Notes under the pieces: generated by a model
The model's input: only the letters and a program-made list of their open reading frames with translations
The model's database searches: none
Told to the model about the DNA's origin: nothing
Translations under genes and position numbers: made by a program
Part shown: positions 59,735 to 64,000 of the stretch, piece after piece
Layout of the letters: each line of letters opens with the position of its first letter
How positions within the stretch are numbered: the stretch's first letter is position 1
Assembly: GCF_009914755.1 (NCBI RefSeq)
Contig: NC_060935.1
Source: the human T2T-CHM13v2.0 reference genome, Homo sapiens
Reading direction: 5' to 3' (one strand)
Length of the DNA stretch: 64,000 nucleotides

Positions 59735-61985
59735 CCAAAGTGCTTTTAGTCACAAGCGGCAGAACTCAGTTCACAGGAACACATATGAAAAGTGGATGTA
59801 GAGATAACTATGAGGGATATGAGACTTTAATTAAGCAAAGTACCCGGCCTCGTCATTCTCTCTCCTCCTGGGCTGTGGTCTCTTGGCTCAGCCTTTCTCT
59901 CTTCGTGACTTTGGTTTGCCTATGGTTTTATAACATGGCCCTAACAAGTAAGTCCTCCTTGATCATGACATTTACTTGAGCTCCCTATGACCAAACAGAG
60001 TCTGCTTTTTAATTTCTGCTTTTTAATTTCAAACTCTTAAGAGAGAAAAACCGGATGGCTGTTTATTGCCAACACGTTGGCTGGCCTTGGGTACTTATTC
60101 CTGGTCTAGTTAGCCGCGGCTGAGGAGCAGAGCATGTGGTATGAAACACATATAAGGTAGCAGGGGCTGAAAGTGGGAAACAACTTCTCTGAGAAGCAAC
60201 CCAAGCTGGTATTCCACCCAAGGTGTGCCTGATGCACCCCCTGTGTGGTTCTGGGATTCACCCGAGGGACAGGTAATAGCCGTCCTCAGTGACTGTCTCG
60301 GCAGAGGCTGGGCTTGGAGCTCAAAGGCCAGGGAAGCAGCAGGTCCACTGATGCAGCTGCCACCTCCACAGCATGCTGGGGACATGGTGACATTCTCCTA
60401 AGAGCACTTACAGAGACAGTGTCCTGTGAAAGCAGCGCTGGACTGGGAGTTGGCAGTCCTGGCTTGTCATCCAGCTCGGCTGCTAACCCCCATGACCCCG
60501 GGGAACCGACCTTCTTCCTCTAGGTCTTAGATTCTCCAGAAGTTAAAAATGAATTTAAAAACCATTATTATTAATAATAATAAACAGCGTTGAATGAAAT
60601 CATCTCCAGGGTTCTTTTCAATCCCTAAGATTTCCCTAAGCCTCCCCCATCTCCACTTGACAACTTCCCAGAAATGCTTTCAAATGGAGCTCTTTAACCC
60701 ATAATTTGGTGGGGCCTCTGCCAGCTGCCTCTCTCCCACAACACACCCAGTCCCTGTGATAAGTCCTCCTCAGGGGCTTTCCAGCCTAGACCTGCAGCCA
60801 TTCAAGAAAGTCCAGGCAGGGCCTTCCCGGGCAACTGATTTCTGAGCTTGTTCGACGGGGAGGAGGGGGTCTGAGCATTTGCTGTCTGGCCACTCCAAAG
60901 AGGGAAGTCTGGGCCTGAAGACGCATCTACTGGGGGGTTTCCACATTGATGATCAGGGCCTGGGAGGCCAAGAGAAGCTCCAGAAGAAGGGTCAGCAAAA
61001 TCCCCAGAGAAACGGGGACTATGAGTGGAACAGAGCTGGAGAGGAAGAACGGAAAACACTGTGGGTTCCCGGGACGGGGGCAGGGAGGAGGGAAAGTTTG
61101 TGTCTTTTGGCAGGAAATGAATAACATTCAAAGAATATGCAAAATGCCATTCTAATCGGCACCTGTTCCCTTTGGAGCCAGTCACTCGGCCCACGGCATC
61201 TGAGGGTGAGTCTGGTTTGGGTCTCCCCAGGGGAGGAATACAGCACATTGAGATCCACTTGAATGATAAGAGAGGCACTGGTCCTAAGTGGGGTAGAGGA
61301 ACGGAAGGTACCCTCAGCCTCCATGGCTCCTTCCCAGCCCCAAATGCTCTGTCACAACCCCCCCAGCTCAACCCCAGGCAGATGGCTACAAATTTTGCAG
61401 GGGCCTCTGAGCATTCCCTTGGCTAACAGCCACATTCCAGAACAGCATATGTTTCATCTCAAATCCACAAGGTTTGCACTTCCAAGCGGAGCCAAAGAGA
61501 AAAACCTTGGCCCAGGCTGCAAATTTCTTAGGAGAGGTGGGGGTCAGGGGCGGCCCCCAGGGAGGTTGTAGCTGTTATGTTGAAGAACATTTGAGTTCAA
61601 GTTCATGCAAAGCTAGGTCCCAAATATATGACACCCACATTCCTAATTCATAACCCCTCAAAGTACCTACCTGGAGAAGGAGTGAGCAGCGCTGCTTCCT
61701 CTTGCTGTCACCCAAATGGCCCTCATGCCACCTGCATGTTCCTCCAGCCCCATAACAGTTCTGCACCTTTGCCTAACTTCATGGCCCTTTTGAATCAGTG
61801 ATTCACAGCCCAGGGCTGTGTGGAGTCTGGGTGGGGAGGGAAGAAACAGGGTGACTCCTGATCTCACTCTACCCCTTAAAAAATGCCTGGACCTCATCTG
61901 TGCTGGCTCCCATCTCCGTGCTCTGAAATTTATTTGGCTACTGAAAGACACCAAGCCTGAAGGAGGGTTTAGGAAGGACAGGGCT

Positions 61986-62086
61986 GAGCTGGGTGGAAAG
62001 GAGGAGTAAGGCAGGGGAAATATGAAGGCATGAGAGCTGGGTGGAAAGGAGGAGTAAGGCAGGGGAAATATGAAGACATGAGAGCT
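61986..62086. repeat. 48-bp tandem duplication
   Basis: GAGCTGGGTGGAAAGGAGGAGTAAGGCAGGGGAAATATGAAG(G/A)CATGA x2. Confidence 0.95.
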
Positions 62087-63564
62087 AGAGGGGGCGGCGG
62101 GGCAGAGGTGCAGAAAGGGACACAGAAGGGTCTCAGCTGGGAAGAGGGAGAGGTAAGCTCTCTCCTGGCGGGTGGGGAATGGGGGGACATTGGGAGTCCT
62201 GGTCCTCTGGGGGTTCTGCTCTGTGGTAAGCTAAGGGATTTCTGACAGCAAAGTAAACTGTGGTGTGCTGAGTTTACCCAGCTCCAATAAGCAGTGTTGG
62301 AGTGTTTAATGTTTCCTTCCCACTGAATTGGTTGACAGGCACTGAACCGCAGCCAGCCCCTTGCTGTTTCTTGGGGAGGTAGTAGGTGGGGAGGTTAGTA
62401 CAGGGCTGTCAGGAAAGCTGGCATCGCTGACCCCAACCCAGGATGCGGAGGCTTGGGTGGAAGCCGGGAAGTTCCCCTCACATAGGCCCGAAGTTCCCAT
62501 CGAGGAGGAGAAGCCTGAAATACAAGTCACCTCCTTATCCCAACCATCCCAGCCCGGCTGGTGCGCACCAGCCCTCCTGCGCTCTGCAAAATACAGCCAT
62601 TTATTTCTCTCGTCATGCTCAGCTTTATTAAATGCCTGCCTAAGGGGCTGCAGCCTCAAACAGCCATGCTTATGCGGATGGATGCAGAGGACAGACACAC
62701 AGACCACAAAATAAATCAGGAAGACACCAGAGCTCAGCGCCCGAGTACAAAATAAACTATGCCTGGCAGGATGCCCAGCACGAGGTGCTGGCTTTGTGCT
62801 AAGCAAGGATGAATGGGTTGAGGGATAGGGAAAAATGACTTTCTTTTCTCTCAATCCAAGGAGACTCCTGGGAAGAAACTAAAATGCACAAAGCTCTTAG
62901 ATGGAATGGAAGAGAAAGTTCGGACAGAAGGGATCTCAGGGCGTGGAGTGGGCACGAGCACAGGGGAGGGGCAAGAGAAGCAGACGATGGTGCATCCAGA
63001 CAGCGAGTACGTGTAAAGGGCATGGAACAGCTCAGAAAAAGGACATGGGGAAGGTTGGAGTGGGCTTTGGGCATAGAGCTAGAAGCTGTCCAGGAACTGC
63101 AGCAGAGAGCCCTGAGCTACTACTGCATCCTCCCCATCCAACTAGCAGAGAATCGGAGGTACACTGTGGACCTATAGAGCAAGGGGAGGGGGCCAAGTGC
63201 TGGGGAAGTGGGAGGAGCCACAGTGGCACCGAGGAGCAGCCCAGGTGAATGACCAGGGCATGGGATGCCCATTAAGCAGTGAGCATGAAGAGGGAGGGGG
63301 AATGTGACAAGATTATCAAGGGGTGCACAGCAAGGTGGGGGAACTGCCTGGATGAAGACATCTTAAAATACAATAAAGAAATAAATAAGCCAGCAGGGGT
63401 CATTCATGGCTTGGGAGTGGGAGGATGAGCGAGTTTGAGGATACTGCTCAGAATCATGGTGGGGTGTGTAGGTATGTAAAGGTAACACTGCTGCTAAGAT
63501 CTTTATGCAATTTCAGTCATATTTTCTTGGATCTCAAGTCCTGCATTTCTACAAAAAATATTTA

Positions 63565-63999
<435 letters not shown>

Positions 64000-64000
64000 A

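Overview
Primate (human-like) non-coding genomic DNA. About 35 Alu copies or fragments (J, S and Y subfamilies) are present, along with L1, HAL1, L2 and MIR relics, ERVL/MaLR/ERV1 solo LTRs and hAT MITEs, separated by unique GC-moderate sequence. I found no credible protein-coding exon, structural RNA gene, CpG island or CRISPR array; the listed ORFs are Alu/LINE-derived or chance ORFs. I could not identify the locus, and repeat subfamily names come from recalled consensus motifs, not alignments. The sequence does not support a new biological system. The best-supported unusual observations concern transposon biology: a 5'-inverted (twin-primed) Alu with intact target site duplication (TSD), a near full-length HAL1 fossil, nested insertion stacks and a collapsed palindromic MITE. 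Weaker candidates are enhancer-like motif clusters, a compact promoter and possible non-coding exons.
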